A DNA stretch of 64,000 nt from a virus (Duplodnaviria > Caudoviricetes): positions 5,311 through 69,310 of IMG/VR virus record IMGVR_UViG_3300020161_000771; one strand, written 5' to 3'. Shown piece by piece: positions 1-9,100 of the stretch. A program made the translations under genes and the position numbers. Numbering within the stretch: the stretch's first letter is position 1; the number at the start of each line of letters is the position of its first letter. The notes beneath the pieces were generated by a model. The model ran no database searches. It was not told where the DNA came from and worked only from the letters and a program-made list of their open reading frames with translations.

Positions 1-1612
1 CACTAAGGTTAGAGACAACGGAACAGAATACGTTTCGTATAGAGATGACAAATCTCTAACAAAGCATAGCGGATTCGTACCTATTGATATAGATGATATT
101 GATGACGTAAATGAGATGAAGCAGGAGTTAATTAACAACCCTATCATATACGCATTATGGATATCTTCTAGCGGTAAAGGTCTTCACGGATTAGTGAAGA
201 TAGGAGACGGAAACAAACACACACAGCATTATAAAGCACTATTAGAAAAGATACCAGGGTTAGACCCAACAGCTAAAAACATAGCTAGGGTCCTGTATGT
301 TTCTTATGATCCTGAGATATACGTTAACACATCATCAAGTGTGTTTTTCGATATCGTACAGGAAGAAGAAATCAAACCATCTTCTGTTAAAATGGGAGAC
401 GGATTTACAGACTATAAGAAGATAGATGTAGCGTCAAGAATGATTAGGCTAGCACCTGATGGGCAAAAGCACTACACATTACTTAGGGCAGCTACACTAT
501 TGGGAGGATATGTTGCAACCAAGTATATCGAGTATGATATTGCTTACGATATTCTTTCTCATGAAATATCTAAGAAAGAAGTAGACGACATCCAACTAGC
601 CAAGAAAACCATCGAGGACGGATTGCGTCATGGTATGACCAGGCCTATACATGAAGTAGAGTCTGAGTACAGAGAAGTTGTTCGTGAAATAGGAGTCATG
701 GAGGAAGATTTGTCCTTTCTTTCTTCACGCGCTAGAGACGACGACTTCATCTACAAGTTTAGGTCTGGTCTTATACCTATGGGTATGCCTTTTGGATATA
801 CCCATCTAGATGAACATTTAAGGCTAAAAGAAGGCGAATTTTACGCCTCCCTAGCACACAGCCACATTGGTAAGACAACCGTTAATTTGTGGCTTATTTT
901 CCTATCTGCTGTACATTACGATTGGAATTGGATGCTGTATACAGGAGAGAACCAATCAGCATCGGTAAAGATGAAACTCATGGAGTTTTTCATAGGTAAG
1001 AAGATTACTAATATGAATGACCTAGAGCATGAGGTATCATTAAAGTTTGTCGAAGAGCACTTCTTCATACTTTCTACTGATAACATGTATACATACGGAG
1101 AGATACTAGACCATTCTAAAGTGCTTATGAATTATAAGTCATTGAAAGGGCTGTTCATTGACCCGTACAACTCTTTGAAAATGGAGTTGACAGCAGCAAA
1201 GAATAAATACATATACGACTACGAGGCATACAGCGAGATGCTAAACTATACCAAGAAGTACAATACTTCTATATTCCTATCAGTACATAGTACAACAAAC
1301 TCACAAAGGGAAAGAGACAAAGATGGCAATCAAAAGATGCCTCACGCCTCTGATACCGAAGGGGGTGCTGCACTTTACAATAGGGTTGATAACTTTGTGA
1401 CTTATCATAGGAAAATCAAGGACCAATATGAGTGGATGATTACCGAGATTTCCGTTGATAAGATAAGAAATAAAGAGACTGGAGGCAAGCCGACAACACA
1501 AGGGAATCCATGTATTTTAAGAATGAACAATGGAGTTGAATTTGTTGACGAGAATGGAATGCTACCTTTTAATAGAGATTATTTATTATTAAAGCATAAA
1601 TGTAGATTTTAA
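1..1612 (+). CDS. Primase-helicase fusion (BT4734/VirE-N-like prim-pol, PriCT-like region, DnaB-like SF4 helicase); 5' truncated by the window
   Basis: Frame is open from nt 2 (TKVRD...KHSGFVPIDIDD) into track ORF 116..1612. Motifs SSSGKGLHGLVKI (prim-pol), AHSHIGKT (Walker A-like), LFIDPYN (Walker B), C-terminal KIRNKETGG. Confidence 0.85.
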   Translation, partial: TKVRDNGTEYVSYRDDKSLTKHSGFVPIDIDDIDDVNEMKQELINNPIIYALWISSSGKGLHGLVKIGDGNKHTQHYKALLEKIPGLDPTAKNIARVLYVSYDPEIYVNTSSSVFFDIVQEEEIKPSSVKMGDGFTDYKKIDVASRMIRLAPDGQKHYTLLRAATLLGGYVATKYIEYDIAYDILSHEISKKEVDDIQLAKKTIEDGLRHGMTRPIHEVESEYREVVREIGVMEEDLSFLSSRARDDDFIYKFRSGLIPMGMPFGYTHLDEHLRLKEGEFYASLAHSHIGKTTVNLWLIFLSAVHYDWNWMLYTGENQSASVKMKLMEFFIGKKITNMNDLEHEVSLKFVEEHFFILSTDNMYTYGEILDHSKVLMNYKSLKGLFIDPYNSLKMELTAAKNKYIYDYEAYSEMLNYTKKYNTSIFLSVHSTTNSQRERDKDGNQKMPHASDTEGGAALYNRVDNFVTYHRKIKDQYEWMITEISVDKIRNKETGGKPTTQGNPCILRMNNGVEFVDENGMLPFNRDYLLLKHKCRF

Positions 1613-1613
1613 C

Positions 1614-1850
1614 ATGGGGTATGAGTTTATTGATGAATCAAGAGTTACAATTTTAGCTTATGACTTATCTATTGAAGATATTCAAGAGCGCAGAGCAAAG
1701 GCTATTGAGTTTAAGACATTGAAGTTAGCGCAGCAGAAGCTAATCATTGGTCAAAATGTTATTAAAAATGCCATCAGGCAGAAGAAGCGCGTCTACTCAA
1801 AGGAATTAGACAAAGAGTTTGCATTAAGAATTAAACCAATAAAAAAATAA
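1614..1850 (+). CDS. Hypothetical protein (78 aa)
   Basis: Track ORF tightly packed between neighbours, AT-rich phage codon usage. Confidence 0.7.
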   Translation: MGYEFIDESRVTILAYDLSIEDIQERRAKAIEFKTLKLAQQKLIIGQNVIKNAIRQKKRVYSKELDKEFALRIKPIKK

Positions 1851-1854
1851 AACT

Positions 1855-2256
1855 ATGGCGAAGCAAGTATTTAGTGACCCATCATTACAAGCAGCATTTG
1901 AAAAATCAGTAGACCTATACGAAGCATACAGGTCTATTGTTGCTAAAAAAATAGATTGTAGTGACCCTAGGGCTATTGTAGAACACCTATCAGAGATAAC
2001 ATCAATAATGGGAACAGGAGTTACAGCAAAGGCTCAGTTTCAATTCCTTACAGAGAAGTTATCATTCTCTAAACTTATCGTATTAAACAATGACGACAGG
2101 TCTGCAACTGAAAAGAAGATGCTTATAGCATACGAGATTGGAGATTGTAGTTATTATAACAATATCATGGAGTTGTTGATAAAAGAGTGTCATTATAAGA
2201 TAGAAATCTTACGCTCTTCATTGTCATATAGCAAAAGTGAATTAAATTTGATATAA
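1855..2256 (+). CDS. Hypothetical helical protein (133 aa), possibly recombination-mediator-like
   Basis: Track ORF in operon context; mostly helical/coiled sequence; function is a guess. Confidence 0.65.
   Translation: MAKQVFSDPSLQAAFEKSVDLYEAYRSIVAKKIDCSDPRAIVEHLSEITSIMGTGVTAKAQFQFLTEKLSFSKLIVLNNDDRSATEKKMLIAYEIGDCSYYNNIMELLIKECHYKIEILRSSLSYSKSELNLI
2243..2250 (+). promoter_or_regulatory. Bacteroidota -7 promoter element TAAATTTG
   Basis: Matches TAnnTTTG 11 nt upstream of ATG at 2262. Confidence 0.5.
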
Positions 2257-2261
2257 TTTTT

Positions 2262-2363
2262 ATGAAAGACAATAAAAACAAAGAAAGACCCGTTTTAGTT
2301 TTATTAATAATATATTTATTAGTACTAGGGTTATTACTTGTGCATTCATTATCAGATTTATGA
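2262..2363 (+). CDS. Small single-TM peptide (33 aa, not in ORF track)
   Basis: Manual translation MKDNKNKERPVLVLLIIYLLVLGLLLVHSLSDL*; its TGA overlaps the ATG of 2360 (ATGA coupling). Confidence 0.55.
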   Translation: MKDNKNKERPVLVLLIIYLLVLGLLLVHSLSDL

Positions 2364-2728
2364 CACAAATTAAGAAGGTACAGAAGTATGGATTAAAGTT
2401 TGACTCTAGATTAGAGTTATTCTTCTATGAACTATTGAAAAGCGAAAAGATTGACTTTGATTTTCAAGTTCCGTACCTTCTTCATCCAACATTCAAGTAT
2501 CAAGGAAAGTCCGTTAGGGCCATGACACTGACTGTTGATTTTGATTTAACAGAGAAAGGGAAGTCTGTAATAGTTGACACCAAAGGGTTTCAGAGGAATG
2601 ACAATAAGTTGAAGTGGAAGCTCTTAAAGTACAGGCTTTATAGTGAATTCGGAGAACAGCCTCATATATTTTTACCAAAAAATCAAAAAGAGTGCAGAGA
2701 AGTTGTTGAGTTTATTAAAAAGTTGTAG
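2360..2728 (+). CDS. DUF1064-like PD-(D/E)XK endonuclease
   Basis: KFDSRLE...TVDFD...IVDTKG pattern typical of the DUF1064 family. Confidence 0.75.
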   Translation: MTQIKKVQKYGLKFDSRLELFFYELLKSEKIDFDFQVPYLLHPTFKYQGKSVRAMTLTVDFDLTEKGKSVIVDTKGFQRNDNKLKWKLLKYRLYSEFGEQPHIFLPKNQKECREVVEFIKKL

Positions 2729-2754
2729 TTTAGCAAAACCTAACCCATAAATAC

Positions 2755-3795
2755 ATGAAAAAAGACATCAGACCTCGCATTACTGAGGCAGAATTTGATA
2801 TTCTAAAAGATATCAGGTCTCAGCACGAAGCACTATCTGAAGAATGTGAAAAACAAGGTATCCCCGTCCAAGATGTAAAACATTATTGGTTCAAAGGGGA
2901 ACACTTCTCAATCAATGTAAAGGGCTCTCAAGTAAGTTATAATGACATTAAAGATGTTATTATACAAGAGATGAGAGATTATGCACCTGAGTACATTGAA
3001 ATTCAGAGAGAACCATTCAAGAAACCAGAAGATGCTCATTTATTAGTAATCGACCCCGCCGATATCCATATCGGTAAACTATGCTCTGCATTTGAAACAA
3101 ATGACGAGTACAACAACAAGATAGCTGTTGACAGAGTGATGCAAGGAGTATACGGAATACTTGAGAAGGCTTCTGCCTTTAACGTAGACCAAATACTATA
3201 TGTTATCGGTAACGATATCCTGCATGTTGACACTCCAAAGAGACAGACTACATCAGGAACTCCACAGGATACAGATGGCATGTGGTATGATAACTTTTTG
3301 ATTGCCAAAAGACTGCACGTTGAAATTATTGAAACACTTAGAGAGGTTTCTAATGTATACGTTCAGTACGACCCATCTAACCACGACTACACAAATGGAT
3401 TCTTCCTAGCGGATACAATTCAATCTTGGTTCAGTAGAGATAAGAATGTGCAATTCAACTGCTCTATTAACCACAGAAAATATTACAGATACTATAATAA
3501 CCTTATAGGTACTACACACGGAGACGGAGCAAAAGAAAATGATTTGCCATTACTTATGGCTCATGAATCTGGAAACGATTGGTCTTCTTGTAAACATAAA
3601 TACTTCTACATTCATCATATCCATCACAAGCGTTCTAAAGATATCATGGGAGTTACTATTGAGGCTTTAAGAAGCCCATCAGGAGCTGACTCTTGGCATC
3701 ATAGAAACGGATATGTACATGCTCCAAAAGCTGTAGAAGGATTCTTGCATCATAAACTACATGGTCAGATTGCAAGATTCAGTCACATATTTTAA
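2755..3795 (+). CDS. Calcineurin-like metallophosphoesterase
   Basis: Motifs PADIHIG, GNDILH, PSNHD, THGD, HHIHH. Confidence 0.85.
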   Translation: MKKDIRPRITEAEFDILKDIRSQHEALSEECEKQGIPVQDVKHYWFKGEHFSINVKGSQVSYNDIKDVIIQEMRDYAPEYIEIQREPFKKPEDAHLLVIDPADIHIGKLCSAFETNDEYNNKIAVDRVMQGVYGILEKASAFNVDQILYVIGNDILHVDTPKRQTTSGTPQDTDGMWYDNFLIAKRLHVEIIETLREVSNVYVQYDPSNHDYTNGFFLADTIQSWFSRDKNVQFNCSINHRKYYRYYNNLIGTTHGDGAKENDLPLLMAHESGNDWSSCKHKYFYIHHIHHKRSKDIMGVTIEALRSPSGADSWHHRNGYVHAPKAVEGFLHHKLHGQIARFSHIF

Positions 3796-3818
3796 TTGGT
3801 GTAAATAAATGACAATAA

Positions 3819-3851
3819 GAAGGGGTCGTCAATCCCCCCAACGACTCCTTC
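3819..3851. terminator. 11-bp stem-loop near the convergence of the + and - transcription arms
   Basis: GAAGGGGTCGT / 11-nt loop / ACGACTCCTTC pair with one G.U; T-rich tail only on the - strand. Confidence 0.4.
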
Positions 3852-4002
3852 ATCGTCAGATATAAAATCATTTATATATGAAGTGTTAAGTAAATCAACA
3901 GGATCTCTCTTAGTACACAGATATATCACTTGAAATTGTATATTTGAGTCCGTTTCTTCGATTGGATGCACTGAAATAATCATAACATAATTAATTAATA
4001 CT

Positions 4003-4170
4003 ATGAAGATAATCAAAATGACCGAGTCTGTTAATGACTCGAAAGACCTAGAGGTTTTAATGGCAGAAAAGAAAAAAGTAGAAGATTATCTTCAGTTATT
4101 ACAGACCAAGATTAGGTCTATTGTATATAAATATGATGTGGGCAAGGTAGATTATACAAAGAAAGGCTAA
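4003..4170 (+). CDS. Small hypothetical protein (55 aa, not in ORF track)
   Basis: Manual translation MKIIKMTESVNDSKDLEVLMAEKKKVEDYLQLLQTKIRSIVYKYDVGKVDYTKKG*; stop overlaps the stop of convergent 4167..4382. Confidence 0.55.
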   Translation: MKIIKMTESVNDSKDLEVLMAEKKKVEDYLQLLQTKIRSIVYKYDVGKVDYTKKG

Positions 4171-4382
4171 GAAGGGTTAGATTTTCCCTTCTTTCCCTTC
4201 TTCAACTCTCTATACTTGATAGAGATGTTGATTAACAGGTATGTTATTGACAATAATGAAATTATTAAAGTCAATATCATGTTAATGTTGGATAGATTGA
4301 GCATCTGCATAATATTTAAAGTTATTGCCCCTAGCGTACTTGGTATTCCTACCGAATCCGAAATCTTTAAAGGATGCTCCAT
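4167..4382 (-). CDS. Holin-like small membrane protein
   Basis: 71 aa, hydrophobic segments and a basic C-tail (KKGKKGK); last gene of the lysis region; TATATTTG promoter motif at 4400-4407. Confidence 0.6.
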   Translation of the reverse strand: MEHPLKISDSVGIPSTLGAITLNIMQMLNLSNINMILTLIISLLSITYLLINISIKYRELKKGKKGKSNPS

Positions 4383-4407
4383 TAATCTGTTAATTTTTGC
4401 AAATATA

Positions 4408-4689
4408 TTACTTCTTAGTTGATTTGCCGTTACGGCCGTTTCTAGCTCTATTAAGTCTTTGATGTTCCATTTTAAGTGAACCTGACTTGGTATGACTCAT
4501 GTCTTTATTATCTCCATTACCATACGTACCGGCCTTCCTGTTTGCTCTGTTTAGTTCAGCACGATACTTCTTCTGTTTTTCAGAAGAGCTATATTCTTTA
4601 TCGTACTCTCGCTTTCTCTTTATTGAGCTTGGGCTCCAGTTGAGACGGAGATAGCTCGGATGCTTTCCAGCGTTATTGTTTCTAGGCAT
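4408..4689 (-). CDS. Small basic phage protein, HNH-like remnant
   Basis: RAELNRANR...DNKDMSH...NRARNG pattern of small HNH-related phage proteins. Confidence 0.55.
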   Translation of the reverse strand: MPRNNNAGKHPSYLRLNWSPSSIKRKREYDKEYSSSEKQKKYRAELNRANRKAGTYGNGDNKDMSHTKSGSLKMEHQRLNRARNGRNGKSTKK

Positions 4690-4720
4690 ATGTTACCAGG
4701 TTGTGCGGGTTTATTATCTG

Positions 4721-4864
4721 TCATTTCTTATATAATTCAAGCTCTGACTTTAGAACTTCTATTTCTTTTTTTTGTCTATTTACTTTTCTATCTGAAATCA
4801 CTAGAGATACAAAAAGAAATATAATTAATAGTACCATAGTTACAAATATTAATCTTGGAATCAT
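4721..4864 (-). CDS. TM-anchored coiled-coil peptide (47 aa, not in ORF track), possible inner spanin-like protein
   Basis: Manual translation MIPRLIFVTMVLLIIFLFVSLVISDRKVNRQKKEIEVLKSELELYKK*; its ATG overlaps the endolysin TGA. Confidence 0.6.
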   Translation of the reverse strand: MIPRLIFVTMVLLIIFLFVSLVISDRKVNRQKKEIEVLKSELELYKK

Positions 4865-5457
4865 ACCAATAAGTTATGATATTCTTTAAAGTGTTTGATT
4901 CTGTCAGCTAGACCAATAGTGCCACCATTTACTCTTTTCGTAATCTTAGTTACTATATCGTCTGAAGACCCTTGGTCAGATATTGTATTCAAACCATTCT
5001 TAGACCAAAACCATGCAGCAGACAACAAAGGATACTTAGTAGAAACCAAATCAGGATTAGCTAGGATATTATCTTCAACAGTCTTATCAAAAGCTGTGTA
5101 GTTATCCTTACCTGTTAATTGAATATAACCTCTCCCTCTGAATTTAAAACCATCTCCACTAGCTTGATTCCCGTTACCCATTCTATTTGCGTAAACGATA
5201 TTAGCAATCTTCTCAGGCTTGCGTTCAAACTCTTTAGCACTTATTGGAGTAAAATACTTCTTGAAGATATTTGTTAAGCCTTTGGCACTATAGTTTAAGT
5301 TTTCTGATACTGCTCTAAAGCCACCTGACTCATGCCCTGTTTGAGCTAAAAAATGAGCCAAACGCAATGGAGTATTAACACCAAATTTTTCAGAAACTAA
5401 AGGAATCTGAGCTATAACAGAATCTGGAATGTGTCCTTTTAGTTTATCTAGTTTCAT
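4861..5457 (-). CDS. Endolysin, glycoside hydrolase family 19
   Basis: RLAHFLAQTGHESGGF, FRGRGYIQLTGKDNY, SAAWFW, ITKRVNGGTIGLADR. Confidence 0.92.
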   Translation of the reverse strand: MKLDKLKGHIPDSVIAQIPLVSEKFGVNTPLRLAHFLAQTGHESGGFRAVSENLNYSAKGLTNIFKKYFTPISAKEFERKPEKIANIVYANRMGNGNQASGDGFKFRGRGYIQLTGKDNYTAFDKTVEDNILANPDLVSTKYPLLSAAWFWSKNGLNTISDQGSSDDIVTKITKRVNGGTIGLADRIKHFKEYHNLLV

Positions 5458-5735
5458 TATTGCTTTTCTTTTAAGTTTTTGTTACCAAATACGGCTTCTA
5501 CACCTGTAATGCCACACATAGTCATTGCGGTATACATAAGACCGTTAAACACAATAGGTTCAATTACGAAGGTAGCACCAACTACTCCTGTAATTATATC
5601 TGCAAGAGCATATAATACCATTAAAACAAATGATACAAACCCTAACACAGCCTTCTGATTTACGTCAGACTTGTCGCTGAACATTCTAAGTAAAAAATCT
5701 TTCATATTATTTAATTTTCCAATAAATAGACGCAT
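5457..5735 (-). CDS. Holin candidate (2 TM)
   Basis: Two hydrophobic helices; directly upstream of the endolysin. Confidence 0.6.
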   Translation of the reverse strand: MRLFIGKLNNMKDFLLRMFSDKSDVNQKAVLGFVSFVLMVLYALADIITGVVGATFVIEPIVFNGLMYTAMTMCGITGVEAVFGNKNLKEKQ

Positions 5736-6318
5736 TTACAAATGGAACTTTATTGATATCCACACCTGCACCTACGCCATAAATTTTATCACACTTCGTC
5801 TTTATGAGTAAATTGGTTTGTACGCTATTTACAAAGTTAACCTTATCAAACGAAGTGCCCAAACCCCAGAATATCTGCATCTTAGGTAGCTCCTTAACAA
5901 TGGTTGTTTCTTTAATTGTACGCTCTTTTACTTTAGCATTATACAATCTGCTTACAATAGCGTTCTTGCTAATTGTATCTGTAATAGCTACATATCCTAA
6001 AGAATCATTCAACAATAATGTATCCTTATATACGTTCTTAGCATAGTAGTCCATCAGGATTGCCATTGTATCAATAGGCTTATCTACAGGGATAGCTACA
6101 TAAATTGTAGTATCGTGGTAGATATCTTCCCCTTTAACTTGTTTTACAGTAACCTTATCAACGTAGGTAGTATCAATATCATGTTTGATTACCTCGTAAG
6201 GCTTACCATTAACGTACTTAATTGTCGGAGAGAATGGGTTATGAACGCCATTAAGTTTGAAATATAGGGCAAGACCAACTATCATCAAAAGCCCAACTAC
6301 TTGTAATATCTTCTTCAT
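5707..6318 (-). CDS. Envelope protein of the lysis cassette (spanin-like candidate)
   Basis: N-terminal TM/signal and a beta-strand-rich C-terminus ending ASIYWKIK; adjacent to holin and endolysin; promoter motif at 6335-6342. Confidence 0.55.
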   Translation of the reverse strand: MKKILQVVGLLMIVGLALYFKLNGVHNPFSPTIKYVNGKPYEVIKHDIDTTYVDKVTVKQVKGEDIYHDTTIYVAIPVDKPIDTMAILMDYYAKNVYKDTLLLNDSLGYVAITDTISKNAIVSRLYNAKVKERTIKETTIVKELPKMQIFWGLGTSFDKVNFVNSVQTNLLIKTKCDKIYGVGAGVDINKVPFVNASIYWKIK

Positions 6319-6339
6319 ATTTTATAATTTAACGCAAAT

Positions 6340-7566
6340 TTACAAATTAAATCTAGAGCCTACTAATAACCCTATCGTCTTACTAGGTCCTCCCATATAC
6401 TTAAGATTAGCACTTATCCTGAACTTCTTTGTTAAGGCTAAGTCAAAGGTATTCCCAAATATATATGATATCTGCTTATTGACATTTAAGTCCCTGGATC
6501 CCATGCCGTAAGACAATGGAGAACCCATTAAAAAGAACTCGGGTATTATCGTAATCCTTTTATTTATCTGCACAGACCTCATGCCAAACAGGGTAACAGA
6601 ACTCATTGTAAATATCTGTTTACCTGTTTCTGCCGGAAGCCTCATACCTATAACAGCTAGGTTGTATCCTAGAATGTAGGATTTTACCATCGTTACATAG
6701 GAATAAGCCCCTATATGCGTGAAACTTCCATCATTATAAGCTGTTGTGTAAGAGTAGGTAGATATACCACATAATTGGTTATCCTTGAACTGCATTTTAG
6801 AATACCTGCTAGACAGGGCAAATTGCTTCAAATTTGACCATATAATTGCAGTAGCCCCGTAAGATACGTCTCCTGCTAAAGATGACCTAGAAAGGCCTAA
6901 ATTGGCCATTAAATTAAAGTCTCCGTTAATTACTTGTACGGAACTTAAATCAGAAGAAAATACAATAGGCGTCATAGCTGCCTTATTGCCTCCCTTTTTC
7001 TTTTCTTCTTTCTTCTCCTCCTTTTTATCTTCCTTCTTTTCCTCTTTACTCTCCTCCTTAGACTCCGACTTTGATTCCTCCTTGCTTTCACTTTTAGATG
7101 AACTCTCTTCGCTCTTTGATGACCCTCCTTCGCTTTTGGTTGAACTACCCTCACTTTGTGACGAAGATGACGAAGAACTACCCCCACTTTGTGCAGCAGG
7201 AGCTGGCGCAGGTGCGGGAGGCGGTGGAGTTGGTGGTGGCACGGCTGCCACACTAGCTGCTACGGCACTAGCAACCGTCTGTGTAGTTACCTGTGTAGTT
7301 ACTTGCGCAACAGGGCATGGCGCAGCATACTCTGCATAAACCTGGTTTATCCATGCCATCAAAGCCCCACTACGCACATCTGCCGAGGTAAAGTATTTTG
7401 ATTTACCCATAAACACAATAGTAGTGCCCTGCAACGGGACTACAAATGTGGTTACCTTCTTGGTACATGGGTCTACGAAAGTACTCGTAATTATTTGAGA
7501 ATACGAGAATATAGGTAGTAATCCTACTAATATGTAAAGTAAAATAAACTTATTTCGTAAAGACAT
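6340..7566 (-). CDS. Secreted protein: N-domain, Pro/Ser/Glu-Lys low-complexity linker, probable outer-membrane beta-barrel
   Basis: Signal peptide; PPPTPPPPAPAP, SSSSS and EEKK linker; alternating beta-strand pattern in the last ~200 aa. Confidence 0.65.
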   Translation of the reverse strand: MSLRNKFILLYILVGLLPIFSYSQIITSTFVDPCTKKVTTFVVPLQGTTIVFMGKSKYFTSADVRSGALMAWINQVYAEYAAPCPVAQVTTQVTTQTVASAVAASVAAVPPPTPPPPAPAPAPAAQSGGSSSSSSSQSEGSSTKSEGGSSKSEESSSKSESKEESKSESKEESKEEKKEDKKEEKKEEKKKGGNKAAMTPIVFSSDLSSVQVINGDFNLMANLGLSRSSLAGDVSYGATAIIWSNLKQFALSSRYSKMQFKDNQLCGISTYSYTTAYNDGSFTHIGAYSYVTMVKSYILGYNLAVIGMRLPAETGKQIFTMSSVTLFGMRSVQINKRITIIPEFFLMGSPLSYGMGSRDLNVNKQISYIFGNTFDLALTKKFRISANLKYMGGPSKTIGLLVGSRFNL

Positions 7567-8263
7567 TCTTTTTAACCATTCTACTTAGGATGCGAGCGCA
7601 CGCAATATCTAACGCTTTTTTAGTTGCTGTTCCTATGGTAGATTGATTAAACTTAACTTCTGATAGATTAGCATCACTCAATAAGCTAGCTTCTCTAGTG
7701 GTCTTTGCTTCTCCTAGACCAGATGCTGCAATAATTTCCCCTGTTTCTGCGTTAGTAAATCTAACTTGCAGACCTATACGAGTCACTACTGTCTCCTTTA
7801 CCCCGTCCTTAACCTTTATTTCCTCGTCCTCAGATATGCTGTAATCATAACACTCTATCTCAACAAAATAGTGAGCTAGTCTAATCTTTCCTCGTCCGTC
7901 CAACTTATCTTGAGTGATTCCTGATTGGCTCGCTTGGAACTGCTTAACCATTCTGTTCTTAATCTCTGTCTTGTCTTCTGTAAACGTGAATCTGTTGAGG
8001 TTTTCAAGATATTCCAACGTGATATTAGCGACCCCAAGACCGACTCTTTTCTCTTTGAGCTCAGGGTATTGTTCATACATTTCATCTGATATTCCGCATT
8101 TAAGGATTTGTATTGGTATAGTAGGTCCGTCATAATCCAAGAACTGACTTATATCAATCTTGGTCTCAAAGCTAGCCTTGTATTGCTCTGTAGAGGTTTT
8201 AGCAACCTGTGCTTGTAACAAATTTGTATATAAAAATGTTACAAGGATTAGTATCTTTTTCAT
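7550..8263 (-). CDS. CsgG/HfaB-family protein
   Basis: Signal peptide; GLGVANITLEYLENLNRF..EDK and GLQVRFTNAETGEIIAASGLGEA match the CsgG-type fold pattern. Confidence 0.75.
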   Translation of the reverse strand: MKKILILVTFLYTNLLQAQVAKTSTEQYKASFETKIDISQFLDYDGPTIPIQILKCGISDEMYEQYPELKEKRVGLGVANITLEYLENLNRFTFTEDKTEIKNRMVKQFQASQSGITQDKLDGRGKIRLAHYFVEIECYDYSISEDEEIKVKDGVKETVVTRIGLQVRFTNAETGEIIAASGLGEAKTTREASLLSDANLSEVKFNQSTIGTATKKALDIACARILSRMVKKNVFTK

Positions 8264-8266
8264 ATA

Positions 8267-9100
8267 TTAAAAGTTAATACCCAATCCAAAAGTTCCGCTA
8301 TTGATTACTGGGTCATAATCAGTCTTTATGGTAAAGTTTTTGTAATCGTGCAACGCTCCCACTTTAATTGTGGTAAATCTGTCTAGATACTTAGGGAATG
8401 TAATGTACCCTAAATCATCCTTACCTCTCCACTTTGCGTCTTCGCTAATAGTTCCAATCATAAAGTGAACACCTGTTCTTTTGATTCTTTTACCTGCCCC
8501 TATATAGAAGCTGTTTCTTTGAATTAAATCACTTACTAATGGAAAATCAACTTGGGTAATGTTTGCAAATGGGAAGAATGTAGAGTTATCTCTTTCAAGG
8601 CTTGAGTTGTACTCTGTTACAAGATATGCTTTACCACCTATTGTAAAGAAACCTCCTAACTGCTTATCTGATGTTCTTTGGATACCAAAACTTATTATAG
8701 GCTTTTTACCTCTAATAGTATCCCTCTTCCCATCTTTATAAACATATATTCTTGCAGGTTGTCTGTAACCAAAGTCGTTCCAATACCAACTTGGTTGCCA
8801 AAACCACCAATTTGCTCCAAATCCAGGAGCTCCCCACATATCCCATCTATTCCATCCCCATCCCCAATTATTCATGAACGGGTCTCCTACAACGATATTT
8901 GACCCTGGTTTCATCCTTTCCGGCCTATTGAACTCTCTAGGCGATTCATTCCTCCAACTACTAATATCATTTCTTTGAGGCATTGATTGTTGAAATGATT
9001 GAGTGCTTCTTTGTGTTTGCTGTGCGCCACCTCTCCAACCGCTAACTTGTGATAAAGATAGCATTGGGAATAGAAGTAGCATTAAGGTTAGGTTTTTCAT
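8267..9100 (-). CDS. Secreted protein with Trp/Gly-rich region and probable beta-barrel
   Basis: Signal peptide; WGWGWNRW region; C-terminal GTFGLGINF with terminal Phe (BAM-type signature). Confidence 0.65.
   Translation of the reverse strand: MKNLTLMLLLFPMLSLSQVSGWRGGAQQTQRSTQSFQQSMPQRNDISSWRNESPREFNRPERMKPGSNIVVGDPFMNNWGWGWNRWDMWGAPGFGANWWFWQPSWYWNDFGYRQPARIYVYKDGKRDTIRGKKPIISFGIQRTSDKQLGGFFTIGGKAYLVTEYNSSLERDNSTFFPFANITQVDFPLVSDLIQRNSFYIGAGKRIKRTGVHFMIGTISEDAKWRGKDDLGYITFPKYLDRFTTIKVGALHDYKNFTIKTDYDPVINSGTFGLGINF

Noticed and set aside
3792-4016. - strand 74-aa track ORF
   Set aside because: Overlaps the start of the better-supported + strand ORF at 4003 and spans a hairpin; no recognisable motif. 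Left uncalled.
6902-7401. Several overlapping ORFs over the low-complexity linker (6902+, 6972-, 7189+)
   Set aside because: Artefacts of stop-poor Ser/Glu/Pro codon runs.
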